This document shows, in pieces, positions 1-8,703 of a stretch of 51,476 nucleotides of DNA (the first letter of the stretch is position 1; each line of letters starts with the position of its first letter). Where the stretch lies: positions 1 through 51,476 of IMG/VR virus record IMGVR_UViG_3300037419_001570; one strand, given 5' to 3'. Made by a program: the position numbers and the translations under genes. This stretch comes from a virus (taxonomy: Duplodnaviria > Caudoviricetes). Under the pieces are notes generated by a model. It did no database searches, was not told the origin of the DNA, and saw only the letters and a program-made list of their open reading frames with translations.

Positions 1-127
1 GCCTGCATCGCTTCCCACAGGATTTGATAGTCTTCCGCATCCCAATCGCATCCGTCGATCGGCACGCCGTCTTTGTCGTACCTGACCCGATGCAGTCGCG
101 GCCCTCTTTTCATTCCGGCCCCCTGAA
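1..127. repeat. 127-bp terminal overlap identical to 51350-51476 (circular assembly)
   Basis: Exact sequence match of both ends; the ORF 51256-51462 start overlaps the stop of ORF 110-310 across the junction. Confidence 0.95.
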
Positions 128-310
128 TGCGTAAACGTTTCCGCATGGAACCACGACCACGCGCCCCTCGACCTCGACGCCGTGGTTGCGGGGCTTGCCG
201 CGACTCACGACCGCCAACCGCCCGACCTTGCCGTGGCATGGCATCGAAGGCGCACGCTTGGCGTTGTAGTGGATGCGGACGGCCAGCCCGACGCGCCCGA
301 AGATCAGCAT
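110..310 (-). CDS. small hypothetical protein
   Basis: 66 aa; ATGA coupling to the next gene across the circular junction. Confidence 0.55.
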   Translation of the reverse strand: MLIFGRVGLAVRIHYNAKRAPSMPCHGKVGRLAVVSRGKPRNHGVEVEGRVVVVPCGNVYAFRGPE

Positions 311-323
311 GGGTCGATCCTCC

Positions 324-608
324 TCAGCGCCCCGAACTGCGACCCCACTCCCGATCGCTCAACTCGCTTGGGCTGATGCCGAGCCTTGCGGCTTCCGCTC
401 GCAACGTCATGCCCCTCGCCTTGCGGTCGATTCGCATCGCCTCGCACTCCCGCCATTTGTCGAGCTGGTGCCGGCGAACGTGGCCGAAACCATCGCAGAA
501 GTCGCACTTCCGGTTCTCCCATCGGCCGCCGTTGGTCGTGTTGAGATGCACTACGCCCATTTTGCGGCCGTTGCATTCAGGGCAGAGGACGAGCCCGTGT
601 TGTTCCAT
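324..608 (-). CDS. Zn-finger + HTH protein
   Basis: CPECNG...CDFCDG, then GMTLRAEAARLGISPSELSDRE (XRE-like HTH). Confidence 0.7.
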   Translation of the reverse strand: MEQHGLVLCPECNGRKMGVVHLNTTNGGRWENRKCDFCDGFGHVRRHQLDKWRECEAMRIDRKARGMTLRAEAARLGISPSELSDREWGRSSGR

Positions 609-635
609 CTCAGATAACCTCCGACTCGCTGATCG

Positions 636-920
636 TCATCCATTTCCCGTCGCGGAATTTGACCCTGAGCCCAAGTCTCTCGGGTCGCACTTCATCGAGT
701 GGGCCGTGTTTCTCTTGGCCCTCGACCATGCGTCCGACAAGGCTTTCCCCCTCTCCACCGCGTCGAACCACGCGGCCCTCGTTTCGTTTCCGGTCCACCC
801 GCACCGGTCGGCGAGGATCTCCCTCAGAAACCCCTCGCTCACCTCCTCCGCGAGATACGCACAGATCAGGTCCCACACGTCGGTCGACGGCGGGAACACC
901 GTGGATTGAGAACGGGTCAA
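636..920 (-). CDS. hypothetical protein
   Basis: TTG start overlapping the upstream stop; protein-like composition. Confidence 0.4.
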   Translation of the reverse strand: MTRSQSTVFPPSTDVWDLICAYLAEEVSEGFLREILADRCGWTGNETRAAWFDAVERGKALSDAWSRAKRNTAHSMKCDPRDLGSGSNSATGNG

Positions 921-1597
921 TCGGAAGCTCCTTTCATCCTCATCATCCCGAACCAACAGAACACGTCGTCCGCCCACGCGGCGGGGCCGTGGATCTTGCC
1001 GACGACTCGCATGAACTCGGCCCTGTGGCCGTCGTGGTGGACGTCGTGGTCGTCCTTGTAGGGGATGCCCTCGTGCCCCATGCGCTTCGCGTCCTTGTCG
1101 GTGATGCTCCGTATCCGCCGGTACGCGACGGATTCGACGCGGACGGTGAAGCGGGACAGTTCGCGTGGCATCGTGACGGCGGAACGCCAAGGCGTCGGAA
1201 CCCTGTCGCCGTCGTCCCACCACTGCATTTCCTCGCCATCAGCCCGATACCACACCTTCTCAGGCAACTCCTCGCCGTTCTCGTCTTCCATGATCAAGTA
1301 GCCGGAATCGTCGACGTCGTATCCGGTGACGAACGCCTCCTTGCACCACAGTTCATCGCCGACGCGGCCGAAGGGGCAGTACTCCACCAGGCTGGCGGCC
1401 AGGTGATCCAGGTCGGCCCCGAAGACGTAATGGTCGTCACGTCCTTTGGGGTGCCAGTGCCAACCGCAGCCGTCCTCAGAGCATGACGGATGCGGTTGCG
1501 GCTTCGCTACACGCACGATCAGCGCGTCGCCGTGCTTCGCGAGCCGGCGGGCCTCGTGCGGGCGCAGGACGAGCGGGCGGGCGTTTGTCGTGGTCAT
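917..1597 (-). CDS. ASCH/PUA-like phage protein
   Basis: CPFGRVGDELWCKE...YRAD...W.SAVTMPRELSR...ITDKDA motifs; paralog of 2774-3412. Confidence 0.7.
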   Translation of the reverse strand: MTTTNARPLVLRPHEARRLAKHGDALIVRVAKPQPHPSCSEDGCGWHWHPKGRDDHYVFGADLDHLAASLVEYCPFGRVGDELWCKEAFVTGYDVDDSGYLIMEDENGEELPEKVWYRADGEEMQWWDDGDRVPTPWRSAVTMPRELSRFTVRVESVAYRRIRSITDKDAKRMGHEGIPYKDDHDVHHDGHRAEFMRVVGKIHGPAAWADDVFCWFGMMRMKGASD

Positions 1598-2358
1598 GAG
1601 TTGGCCTCCAGAATCCGACGTCCGATCCAGTAGCCCATCGGCGGCGGCACGGCGTTGCCGTAGCCCCTTAAGTCTTCGTCGCCCAGCCCCTCGGGAAACC
1701 CATCAACGCTTCCAGCAGCGAAACCGTGAAGGGAATCCGATGCATCAGGCAGAACTGTCCTAAATTCAGGCCGAATCCGTTTCCGTTCTTCGCTTCCGCC
1801 TTCGCTCGCTCTCTGCGAGCGATCAGCTTTTCGCGGTCCTTCGGCTTGTTGTGGGTCGACGCCGTGGGCGTCGGGAAGCGAGGCGAGCAGGAACATTCGT
1901 TCCCGCCGGTGGTCAGCGCCAAGACAACACGCGCGGAGTCGGAATGGGAAGACGAGATAGCCGATGTCGCGTAGAGCGTCTCTAAACCGCCACCAAGGCC
2001 AGGGAGCGTCAGGCCGGACCTGGCTCGGGTTCTCTCGGAGTACAAGCCTCGGGCGAATCGCGTCAACAATTCGGACGAACTCCCCTCCGAGGCTCGGCTG
2101 GGAGACACCTCGCGAGATCCGCTGCCGGCTGTTCTCCTGGCACGGGTCGCCTCCGAAGATGATGTCGACACGCCAATCCTCCGGTCTGGTGGGCGGGAAA
2201 GTCCTGGCGTCCCGCCACCTGAGCCTGCCAGGGAATTCGGCGTCGAGCACCTGGTTGCAGCGGTCGTCTATCTCGACCTGCCACTCGACGTCGATGCCGG
2301 CGGCTTCCATTCCCAGGTCGAAGCCGCCGTATCCGGTGAACAACGATCCGCCCGTCAT
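1594..2358 (-). CDS. C5 DNA cytosine methyltransferase (alpha chain)
   Basis: Motif I SLFTGYGGFDLG, IV GGDPCQ, VI RENP, VIII HRRERMF, X GNAVPP. Confidence 0.92.
   Translation of the reverse strand: MTGGSLFTGYGGFDLGMEAAGIDVEWQVEIDDRCNQVLDAEFPGRLRWRDARTFPPTRPEDWRVDIIFGGDPCQENSRQRISRGVSQPSLGGEFVRIVDAIRPRLVLRENPSQVRPDAPWPWWRFRDALRDIGYLVFPFRLRACCLGADHRRERMFLLASLPDAHGVDPQQAEGPRKADRSQRASEGGSEERKRIRPEFRTVLPDASDSLHGFAAGSVDGFPEGLGDEDLRGYGNAVPPPMGYWIGRRILEANS
1668..2171 (-). CDS. nested alternative-frame ORF, probable MTase beta chain (motif IX)
   Basis: C-terminal FPTPTAS...LEALMGFPRGW; start uncertain. Confidence 0.7.
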   Translation of the reverse strand: MSTSSSEATRARRTAGSGSREVSPSRASEGSSSELLTRFARGLYSERTRARSGLTLPGLGGGLETLYATSAISSSHSDSARVVLALTTGGNECSCSPRFPTPTASTHNKPKDREKLIARRERAKAEAKNGNGFGLNLGQFCLMHRIPFTVSLLEALMGFPRGWATKT

Positions 2359-2774
2359 CCCCCACTCTCCTCTCCCCTCGCGGGCTCTCGCTCGGCGGTC
2401 GGGCCGGCGTCGCGGAGCAGGCCATGGGCGATGTAGTGCGAAGCTGGGCCGTACAACAGGCACTGACACTTTTGGCCGCACTCGACGATCGGACGCACCA
2501 GCGAGCGGGGCCTCCATGACCGACTCGACGCATAGCCATGATGATTCAGCACGTCGCAAACCTCCTGCAGCGTCATCTCGCGAGGCGTCAGCCGCTCGGC
2601 CTCGGCCTTGAGCGCGGCGACCTCGGCGGCCTGGCGTTTGAACCGCGCCACAAGACATTGATGGCAGATCGGCCCACATGGCGGCCAATCCAGCTCATCG
2701 TTGATGTCGATCAGCGAATCCACGTCGAGGTATCGCTCGCAGTCGATGCACTGGAGATCGTCGTCGTCGCCCAT
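2355..2774 (-). CDS. hypothetical protein, Cys cluster + repeated-family C-terminal domain
   Basis: CxxC...CxxxCxxC; LTPREMTLQEVCDVLN; coupled start and stop. Confidence 0.65.
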   Translation of the reverse strand: MGDDDDLQCIDCERYLDVDSLIDINDELDWPPCGPICHQCLVARFKRQAAEVAALKAEAERLTPREMTLQEVCDVLNHHGYASSRSWRPRSLVRPIVECGQKCQCLLYGPASHYIAHGLLRDAGPTAEREPARGEESGG

Positions 2775-3412
2775 CACGCACCGCCTTTCGCTGGTTTGAA
2801 GCCGACGATCCACACCCACGGGTTGGTTGATGTCACTTCCGGCTTGTTGTGCTTGCCCCAGCTCTCAAGAAAACCGGCGCGGCCGGTGAAGCCTTCCGCA
2901 AGTCCGTCTTCCTCGCTAATGTCGTTCAGCCGCTCCACTCGCACGTCTGTGATTTCGAGCGAGATGCGGCACGCCCAGCGGGGCATGAAGATCGAAGGTT
3001 GCCAGATTTCATCACCTGGCATCTCGCCGTCTGCACGGTAGATCGCCGCGACCGTCTCGTGGCCGGGACACACCGTTCGGAATCGATCTTCGGGGATTCC
3101 ACGCCAATCTCGATGGCATCCGATCGGGACGGCCTGCCACGTCTCGCGGACCCAGAGGCGTTCGCCGATGCTGCCGTAAGGGCACAGCTCCGCGATCTTC
3201 TCGGGCGGCATCGGCTGCTCACGCTCTCCCGCAGCCGGCGTCCAGACGAGCCCCACGCCGTCGCGGACGTTCGCGGCGTATGGGCGTTTCAGGATCGCAA
3301 GCCCCCTCTCGTTCCGCTTCACGATCCGCCGCGTTTGGGTCTTCCCCCCGTCGAGGATCGCCCGCACCATCTCGCCACGCATCAAGATCGGCTTCTCTTT
3401 GACGTCGTTCAC
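2774..3412 (-). CDS. ASCH/PUA-like phage protein
   Basis: MVRAILDGGKTQTRR, CPYGSIGERLWVRETW, PSIFMPRWACRISLEITDVRVERL, NPWVW. Confidence 0.85.
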   Translation of the reverse strand: MNDVKEKPILMRGEMVRAILDGGKTQTRRIVKRNERGLAILKRPYAANVRDGVGLVWTPAAGEREQPMPPEKIAELCPYGSIGERLWVRETWQAVPIGCHRDWRGIPEDRFRTVCPGHETVAAIYRADGEMPGDEIWQPSIFMPRWACRISLEITDVRVERLNDISEEDGLAEGFTGRAGFLESWGKHNKPEVTSTNPWVWIVGFKPAKGGA

Positions 3413-3999
3413 GCCGCACCGCCTTTCGCGGCCCGCTCGCGCTCGATGAGCAGGCGGCCCATCGCCTTCACTTCCTTGAGGCTGAGCCTGATCTTCGTTT
3501 CGAGCCCCTTCGCCTCGACGCGGATCTTCCAGCCCTTGATGCCCACCCTTCCATCGGGCTTCCGATTGATCGCCGCGACGCACTCCTCAAGCGTCAGCTC
3601 ATCGGGCTCGGGCTTCGCCGGCTGGGCCGCGAGCAACGCCTCGACGGCTCGCACGGCGGCGAAGATCGTGCTAGGAAACACGCCGTAGGAATCGCACTCG
3701 GCTTTGATGAAAACGTGCGATTCGTCGTGTCGAACTGCCGAGTCAGCCGCTAGCTTCAAGTAGCGAGCGACGTGTGCGATCGCCCTCCTGCCTTCGTCAT
3801 CCACCGCCTCGCCCTCCACCCGCTGGGCCGCCTGGTCGACCAGCGAACGCAAGCCTTCGACGGCGGCGCGGAACGTGGGCGTGAGGATAGTCTGTTCACC
3901 GAGAAAGACCCGTGACGCCTTGCTCCCCTCCGCAGCCTTCGCCCTGTCCTCGCAGCCCTCGACCACCACCCGCATCGCATCGATCGTCGCCTTGTCCAT
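3409..3999 (-). CDS. hypothetical protein (repeated-family C-terminal domain)
   Basis: ELTLEECVAAIN motif; alternative GTG start at 4035. Confidence 0.65.
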   Translation of the reverse strand: MDKATIDAMRVVVEGCEDRAKAAEGSKASRVFLGEQTILTPTFRAAVEGLRSLVDQAAQRVEGEAVDDEGRRAIAHVARYLKLAADSAVRHDESHVFIKAECDSYGVFPSTIFAAVRAVEALLAAQPAKPEPDELTLEECVAAINRKPDGRVGIKGWKIRVEAKGLETKIRLSLKEVKAMGRLLIERERAAKGGAA

Positions 4000-4031
4000 C
4001 GCCTTCCCCCCTGGAATCGGTTCGTCGCCGC

Positions 4032-4262
4032 TCACGCTTCGCCGCCCTCGGCGGCCGTCGCCGGCGCGGGGTCCCCGGCCTCGCCGGCCCGCTCCGCGAG
4101 CCACGCCGCGAGGCCGCGCAGGAACTCCACGGCGTCCTCGATCGTCTCGGCCTCGCCCACGCGGCCCCGGCCCATCAGCTCGTCGTACATCGGGGACAGC
4201 CGCCCGGCCAACACCCCGGCCCACGCGCCCGCCGCCTCCGCGTCCCTCTCCCGCTCGGTCAT
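4032..4262 (-). CDS. hypothetical protein
   Basis: 76 aa, GGAGG upstream. Confidence 0.6.
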   Translation of the reverse strand: MTERERDAEAAGAWAGVLAGRLSPMYDELMGRGRVGEAETIEDAVEFLRGLAAWLAERAGEAGDPAPATAAEGGEA

Positions 4263-4313
4263 CGCGCCGCCTCCAGTCCGGCTGAGGTTCCAGCGGCGTC
4301 GGTAAGGTCCGCG

Positions 4314-4655
4314 TCAGCCACGGGCGGCCTCCTGCTCGCGTTCGAGCTTCTCGGCGACGGCGATGGCCACGAACTTGGTGAGCGGTTCAAGCGAAAGCTG
4401 GTTGCGGCCCAAGAATGAAAACACGTTGCTGCCGACGAGTTCGTATCGAACCTGGCTCTGCTCTTGCTCATTGAGCACATCGACGGCCCGCTCGACCGTC
4501 ATCGGCTTCGGCGTCAGCCGCTCGATCTCGGCGGCTTGCGATTCGATCAACGCGATGGCCTGCTCAAGCAACTCCGCGCGGTATCCAAGGCCCGCCGTCG
4601 TCACGGAGAAGTGAAATTCATGCAACTCGACCACAAGTTGTTTCGCGTCACGCAC
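4314..4655 (-). CDS. hypothetical protein (repeated family)
   Basis: DAKQLVVEL...ERLTPKPMTVERAVDVLN. Confidence 0.65.
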   Translation of the reverse strand: MRDAKQLVVELHEFHFSVTTAGLGYRAELLEQAIALIESQAAEIERLTPKPMTVERAVDVLNEQEQSQVRYELVGSNVFSFLGRNQLSLEPLTKFVAIAVAEKLEREQEAARG

Positions 4656-4824
4656 GGCCGGCCTCCTTCGCCTTCTCGTCGCCGAGCCGGATCAGGTCGC
4701 GGAGCGCGGCCGACCACGACTCGAAATGCGGGCAGCGGTCCTGGTGGGCGTCCACCCTCGCGATCGACTCGTCGTCGAGCCGCGCGCTGACCGTCCGCTT
4801 CTTCTTCTTCACCCCGCGAGCCAT
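4648..4824 (-). CDS. ribbon-helix-helix DNA-binding protein
   Basis: Own translation: MARGVKKKKRTVSARLDDESIARVDAHQDRCPHFESWSAALRDLIRLG...; AAGGAGG RBS. Confidence 0.7.
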   Translation of the reverse strand: MARGVKKKKRTVSARLDDESIARVDAHQDRCPHFESWSAALRDLIRLGDEKAKEAGRA

Positions 4825-4888
4825 CCCGCCCCTCCTTTGTGAACAACGGCTTACGCCTGCACCTGATTGCGCTTGCCCTACGAAATGA

Positions 4889-4916
4889 ATAATAGCGCAT
4901 AAGGCGAAATGCGCAA
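4889..4916 (-). promoter_or_regulatory. sigma70-like promoter with overlapping palindromic operator
   Basis: TTGCGC-16-TATTAT; GCGCAT-N8-ATGCGC at 4895-4914. Confidence 0.6.
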
Positions 4917-4944
4917 GTCTGGGTTTATATTTTGTGCACCCACG

Positions 4945-4981
4945 AAAAAACCGCCGACTCCCGCGAGAGGGCCGGCGGTTT
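4945..4981 (-). terminator. intrinsic terminator after csrA
   Basis: GC-rich hairpin followed by T6 on the minus strand. Confidence 0.8.
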
Positions 4982-4998
4982 CGTCGGGGCGGCCTCGC

Positions 4999-5196
4999 TC
5001 ACCCCGCCGCCTGCATCCTGTCCCAGACCTCCTCCCGCCACACCTTGACCTCCTGCGGCGCCTCGATACCGAGCCGCACCTGCGAGCCTTGCAGCCTGGG
5101 CGGACGCCGGACGTCGCACACCGTCAGCCAGACCAGGCGGCCGTCCCCCAGGTCCAGCACCAGTCGTTCGTCCTTCAGCCGACTCAGCACGAGCAT
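4999..5196 (-). CDS. csrA: CsrA/RsmA carbon storage regulator homolog
   Basis: MLVLSR...VRLGIEAPQEVKVWREEV; TGATG coupling to int. Confidence 0.9.
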   Translation of the reverse strand: MLVLSRLKDERLVLDLGDGRLVWLTVCDVRRPPRLQGSQVRLGIEAPQEVKVWREEVWDRMQAAG

Positions 5197-6335
5197 CAGT
5201 CCTTCCCCTCCTTCTCGCCCTCGAGCGCCGTCCGCAGGCTCTGGGCCGTCTTCTTGACGTACCGGAACGTCATCGCGATGTTCGCGTGGCGGGCCAGCAA
5301 CTGCACTTCCTTCGGGTCCGCTCCGCTCTCGATCAGGAGCGTGATGTAGGTGGCGCGTAAGGCGTGGAAGTCCACCACGCCGTCGGCCGTCTTCGGCTCG
5401 ATCCCGCACGCCCGCAGGTCGGCGTACAGCAGCTTGACCACGTCTTCCGGGACGTGGACGACCGGAAGCCCCTCTCGCGACTCCAGCCATTCGCGGAAGA
5501 TCGCCGCGTCCGCCCGCCGGATCGGCTGGCGGTCCTCGCGGCGGTGCTTGCTGTACGCCGCCCGGACCACGACCAGCGCATCATCGCCGTCGACCCGGAA
5601 CGCCGAGGCGTCCAGCGTCCGCAGCTCGTTCGCCCTCAACCCCGTGGCCGCCGCGAGGCGGTACAGCATCGACCGCTCGGCCCCGCTGATCGCGTACCGA
5701 CCCTCGCCCCACCGCGCCCCGCGGTACGCCGGGCCGAGGGTCGCCGTCTTCGCCAGCAGCGTCTCCAGTTCGGCCGCCGTCAGCGACCGCCGCACCCGCC
5801 GCTGGTCCACGGCCTCGTTGTACGGCTTGATGGTCCGCAGCCACTTCGGCTCGGCCTTGATCCGATCCACGTCCGAACACCACCTGAGAAATGCCTTGCA
5901 GGCCCCCAGGGCGTAGTTCGCGGTCCTGGACGACCGCGCGGCCTTGAGCTTCGCCACGGCCGCCTGGACGGCCTCCTGGTCCACGTCCGTCAGCCGCTCG
6001 ACGCGGGCCGACGCCAGCAGCCGGAGGATCGCACGCGTCGCCTCGCCCGCGTGCTTCTCCGTGTCCCCCTTGTGTACTAGAGCCAGCCGGTAGTCCTCGA
6101 CGTGCTCGGCGATCGGACGGCGGGCGGCGCGGGCCGCCTTGTCGTCCTTCGGGTCGATCAGCCCCGCCTCGACGAGCCGCGCCTCGGATTCCAGCTTCTC
6201 CATGATGCGCTTGGTCGCCGTCCTGTCCGCCGTCCCGGTCCCGTACCGCCTCCTCCCCGTCGCATCGACGTATTCGTAAGAGTAGTTCGCAGAGAGTTTC
6301 CCGTCCTTGCCGACCCGCCTGTACACGCTCCCCAT
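5196..6335 (-). CDS. int: tyrosine integrase
   Basis: TGLRANEL (R), SKHRR (K), DFHALR (HxxR), LARH, MTFRY (Y); N-terminal arm-binding domain. Confidence 0.95.
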   Translation of the reverse strand: MGSVYRRVGKDGKLSANYSYEYVDATGRRRYGTGTADRTATKRIMEKLESEARLVEAGLIDPKDDKAARAARRPIAEHVEDYRLALVHKGDTEKHAGEATRAILRLLASARVERLTDVDQEAVQAAVAKLKAARSSRTANYALGACKAFLRWCSDVDRIKAEPKWLRTIKPYNEAVDQRRVRRSLTAAELETLLAKTATLGPAYRGARWGEGRYAISGAERSMLYRLAAATGLRANELRTLDASAFRVDGDDALVVVRAAYSKHRREDRQPIRRADAAIFREWLESREGLPVVHVPEDVVKLLYADLRACGIEPKTADGVVDFHALRATYITLLIESGADPKEVQLLARHANIAMTFRYVKKTAQSLRTALEGEKEGKD

Positions 6336-6339
6336 TCGG

Positions 6340-6828
6340 CTACGCCTCCGGCCTGACGCGACGCGAGTAATAGACGCCCGGGGCCAACATCTTCACGTCC
6401 TCGACGGACCAGCCGTCGCACATCCAGTCGCAAGGAAACCTCACGTCCCCCTTGATGCGGCTGTTGATCAACGTGACGTGCGCCTCGTCGCACAAGGGGG
6501 CGAAGAGGCGGTAGGTTTCAGCCCCGCCGATGACGAACGCTTTGTCGGTCCCGTGCGCGTCGCACGCCTCGACGATCGCTTCGGCCGGCGTGCGAACGAC
6601 GAAGACGCCCTCGATGCCGCGAATGATAGACCGGCCCAACACGATGTTCTTGCGACCTGGCAGCGGCCCATCGAGCGACTGCCACGTCTTCCGGCCCATG
6701 ATGACGGGATGCCCCATCGTGATGCGGCGGAAGTTCGCCATGTCCTCGGGGATGCGATCCCACGGCAGTCCGCCGCCGCGGCCGATGACGCCGTTGCGGG
6801 ACATGGCGACGATCAATGACAACTTCAT
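6340..6828 (-). CDS. folA: dihydrofolate reductase
   Basis: LIVAMSRNGVIG..LPW..PED..FRRIT.GHPVIMGRKTW.S..PLPGRKN..VIGGA. Confidence 0.95.
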   Translation of the reverse strand: MKLSLIVAMSRNGVIGRGGGLPWDRIPEDMANFRRITMGHPVIMGRKTWQSLDGPLPGRKNIVLGRSIIRGIEGVFVVRTPAEAIVEACDAHGTDKAFVIGGAETYRLFAPLCDEAHVTLINSRIKGDVRFPCDWMCDGWSVEDVKMLAPGVYYSRRVRPEA

Positions 6829-7097
6829 GAATCGCCTCCCTCTCGCCCGTAGTGCCGGTCCACCCACGCCGCCACGTCCTGGGTCGTCCACCGCGGGTCC
6901 ATGCCCTTCGGCGACTTGCTCCGCGGGAACTGGCCGACGTCAATCATCGTCCGCAGCTTGCGGACGGTGACGCCGAGCGCGTCGGACACTTCCGCCGCCG
7001 TCAGCAGCCTCGGGACGCCCGGAGGGACCTCCCGCGTCCGCGCCGCCTTGACCTTGGGTTTCGCCGCCTTCGCCTTCGTCGCGCCCGCTCGTGCCAT
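6825..7097 (-). CDS. excisionase/AlpA-like HTH protein
   Basis: LLTAAEVSDALGV..TMIDVGQFP..PRWTTQDVAAW; upstream of int. Confidence 0.8.
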   Translation of the reverse strand: MARAGATKAKAAKPKVKAARTREVPPGVPRLLTAAEVSDALGVTVRKLRTMIDVGQFPRSKSPKGMDPRWTTQDVAAWVDRHYGREGGDS

Positions 7098-7485
7098 AAT
7101 CCACCCCCCTCGGAATGACCTCGACCTTTCGACCCCGGATCACGTGCAGGGGCATCGGCCCCCGCTTCCGCCACTGCTTGACGTGCCGCCTGAAAGACGG
7201 CGTGTCACAACCCTTCACGTCTTCCGCGTGGACGGTCAGCAAGCGGTTCCGTTCGTCGACCCACGGACCCCACTCGCCCACCAGGAAATCGACCCTGTAC
7301 GGCTTGTCGACGCCCGGCTCGCCCACGTCGAACGGCACCTGCCGCAGCCACCAGGCGACCTTGCCGGCCCGCAGGAGCAGGTCCAACTCGGCGGCCCGCT
7401 TCGCTTCGGCCTTCGATCCATAAGTGACGCCCTTATAGACGGTGGGCTTCGCGTTGTACTTGTGCTTCCTCGCGCCGAACGCCAT
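6940..7485 (-). CDS. DUF1064-like PD-(D/E)XK nuclease
   Basis: KYNAKPT...SKAEA...RQVPF...YRVDF...EDVKG. Confidence 0.85.
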   Translation of the reverse strand: MAFGARKHKYNAKPTVYKGVTYGSKAEAKRAAELDLLLRAGKVAWWLRQVPFDVGEPGVDKPYRVDFLVGEWGPWVDERNRLLTVHAEDVKGCDTPSFRRHVKQWRKRGPMPLHVIRGRKVEVIPRGVDYGTSGRDEGEGGETQGQGGADAGGPSGRPEAADGGGSVRRARRHRPQAADDD

Positions 7486-7883
7486 CAGGCACCGCCCTTC
7501 GATTCGGAGGCCTCCGTCGCCAGCGGGGCGAGCGCGGGCAGCCCGTGGTGAGCCCTGGACTCCTGGCAGAGCCTCGAACCGGCCTGGAAGGCGACGCAGC
7601 AACTCGGGCGGGTCGGGTAGATCGAGCACAGGTTGCCCTCGCCGATCATGGGGCAGGGGTACGCCGACCCGACGGCGAGCATGGCGCCGGCCTCGAACCC
7701 CGGGACGAGCGGGCCGACGCGCTCGTATTCCTCCCGGTCTTCCTCGTCGTCGAACTGGAGCCCGTCGTGCCTGAACGGCTTCACGACGGCCTGGAGCTTC
7801 GGCTCCCTCGCCAGGTCGATCGCGTCGATTTCGATGATCGGGAACTTGCAGCACGCCCCGCACTGGTCGCATTCGTAAGCCAT
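7485..7883 (-). CDS. YkgJ-family CxxCxxCC cysteine cluster protein
   Basis: CDQCGACC...CPM...CSIYPTRPSCC. Confidence 0.85.
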   Translation of the reverse strand: MAYECDQCGACCKFPIIEIDAIDLAREPKLQAVVKPFRHDGLQFDDEEDREEYERVGPLVPGFEAGAMLAVGSAYPCPMIGEGNLCSIYPTRPSCCVAFQAGSRLCQESRAHHGLPALAPLATEASESKGGA

Positions 7884-7886
7884 CGC

Positions 7887-8084
7887 TCAAGCCTCCTTCC
7901 GATAAGCCTTCACCGACCTGTTCCACGCCGCAATCGACGCCAGCCGACCGTATTCCGCCGGCCCCTGCCGCCCGCAGTCGGGGCAGGCCACCTTGTAGTG
8001 CCGCCTCGACCGCCCGAAGCTCTGCCGCTGCTCCTTCGCCCGCGTCGAGCCGCAGACGCACGGCGCGGGGTCCATGTCGCTCAT
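7887..8084 (-). CDS. Lar-like Zn-ribbon protein
   Basis: PCVCGS...VACPDCG...IAAWNR. Confidence 0.7.
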   Translation of the reverse strand: MSDMDPAPCVCGSTRAKEQRQSFGRSRRHYKVACPDCGRQGPAEYGRLASIAAWNRSVKAYRKEA

Positions 8085-8662
8085 GACGCCGCCGCCCGCG
8101 TCACGCGAGACGCGAGGTAATCCGCCAGCGGGGCCTGGACCTCCGGCGGCAGCGCGTCGAATGCCCGAAGCACGTCGAAGATCGGCCCCGGCGAGCCCAT
8201 CGGTCGAACCGCCTCGACGGCCTTGGGCTTCGCCGCCGTCGCGTCCAGGCGAGCGAGGCTGGGCTTACCCTTCGCCTTCGCCTTGGCCGTGTCCGGTTTA
8301 CTCGCACGCCCCATCCCCACCGGCGACTGATAGGGCCAGATGCCCTTGGCCCTCAACGTCGTGATCGCCTGGGAGACGGACAGGGCCGACTTGCCCAGCT
8401 TCACGGCGATCTCGCCGGGCCGGGCCACGCCGGACCCGCCGTAGAGCGACCGGGCGGCTTCCAGCACCTTCGCCTCGCGGGGCGTCGGCTCCGGCTTCGA
8501 CGCCGCGGGCCCCTCGGCCGCCTTCGACCCGACTTCCAACGCCTTGTCGAATTCCCCCTCGTTCAACTGGCGGCCGTTGGCAGCCGCCCTGGCGTCCCTC
8601 AACGCCTTGATGCGGGAGTCGTACTCGCGAATCCTCTGCGCCTCGTCCGCAATCACGCTCAT
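8081..8662 (-). CDS. winged-HTH-containing protein
   Basis: TPREAKVL...EIAVKLGKSALSVSQAITTLRAKG. Confidence 0.65.
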   Translation of the reverse strand: MSVIADEAQRIREYDSRIKALRDARAAANGRQLNEGEFDKALEVGSKAAEGPAASKPEPTPREAKVLEAARSLYGGSGVARPGEIAVKLGKSALSVSQAITTLRAKGIWPYQSPVGMGRASKPDTAKAKAKGKPSLARLDATAAKPKAVEAVRPMGSPGPIFDVLRAFDALPPEVQAPLADYLASRVTRAAAS

Positions 8663-8703
8663 CGTTCGATCCTCGTGTGTCCAAAAGCGTCCCTGTCTCC
8701 CGC

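Noticed and set aside
6940-7097. Functional C-terminal extension of the DUF1064 protein
   Set aside because: Low-complexity run-on over the xis gene
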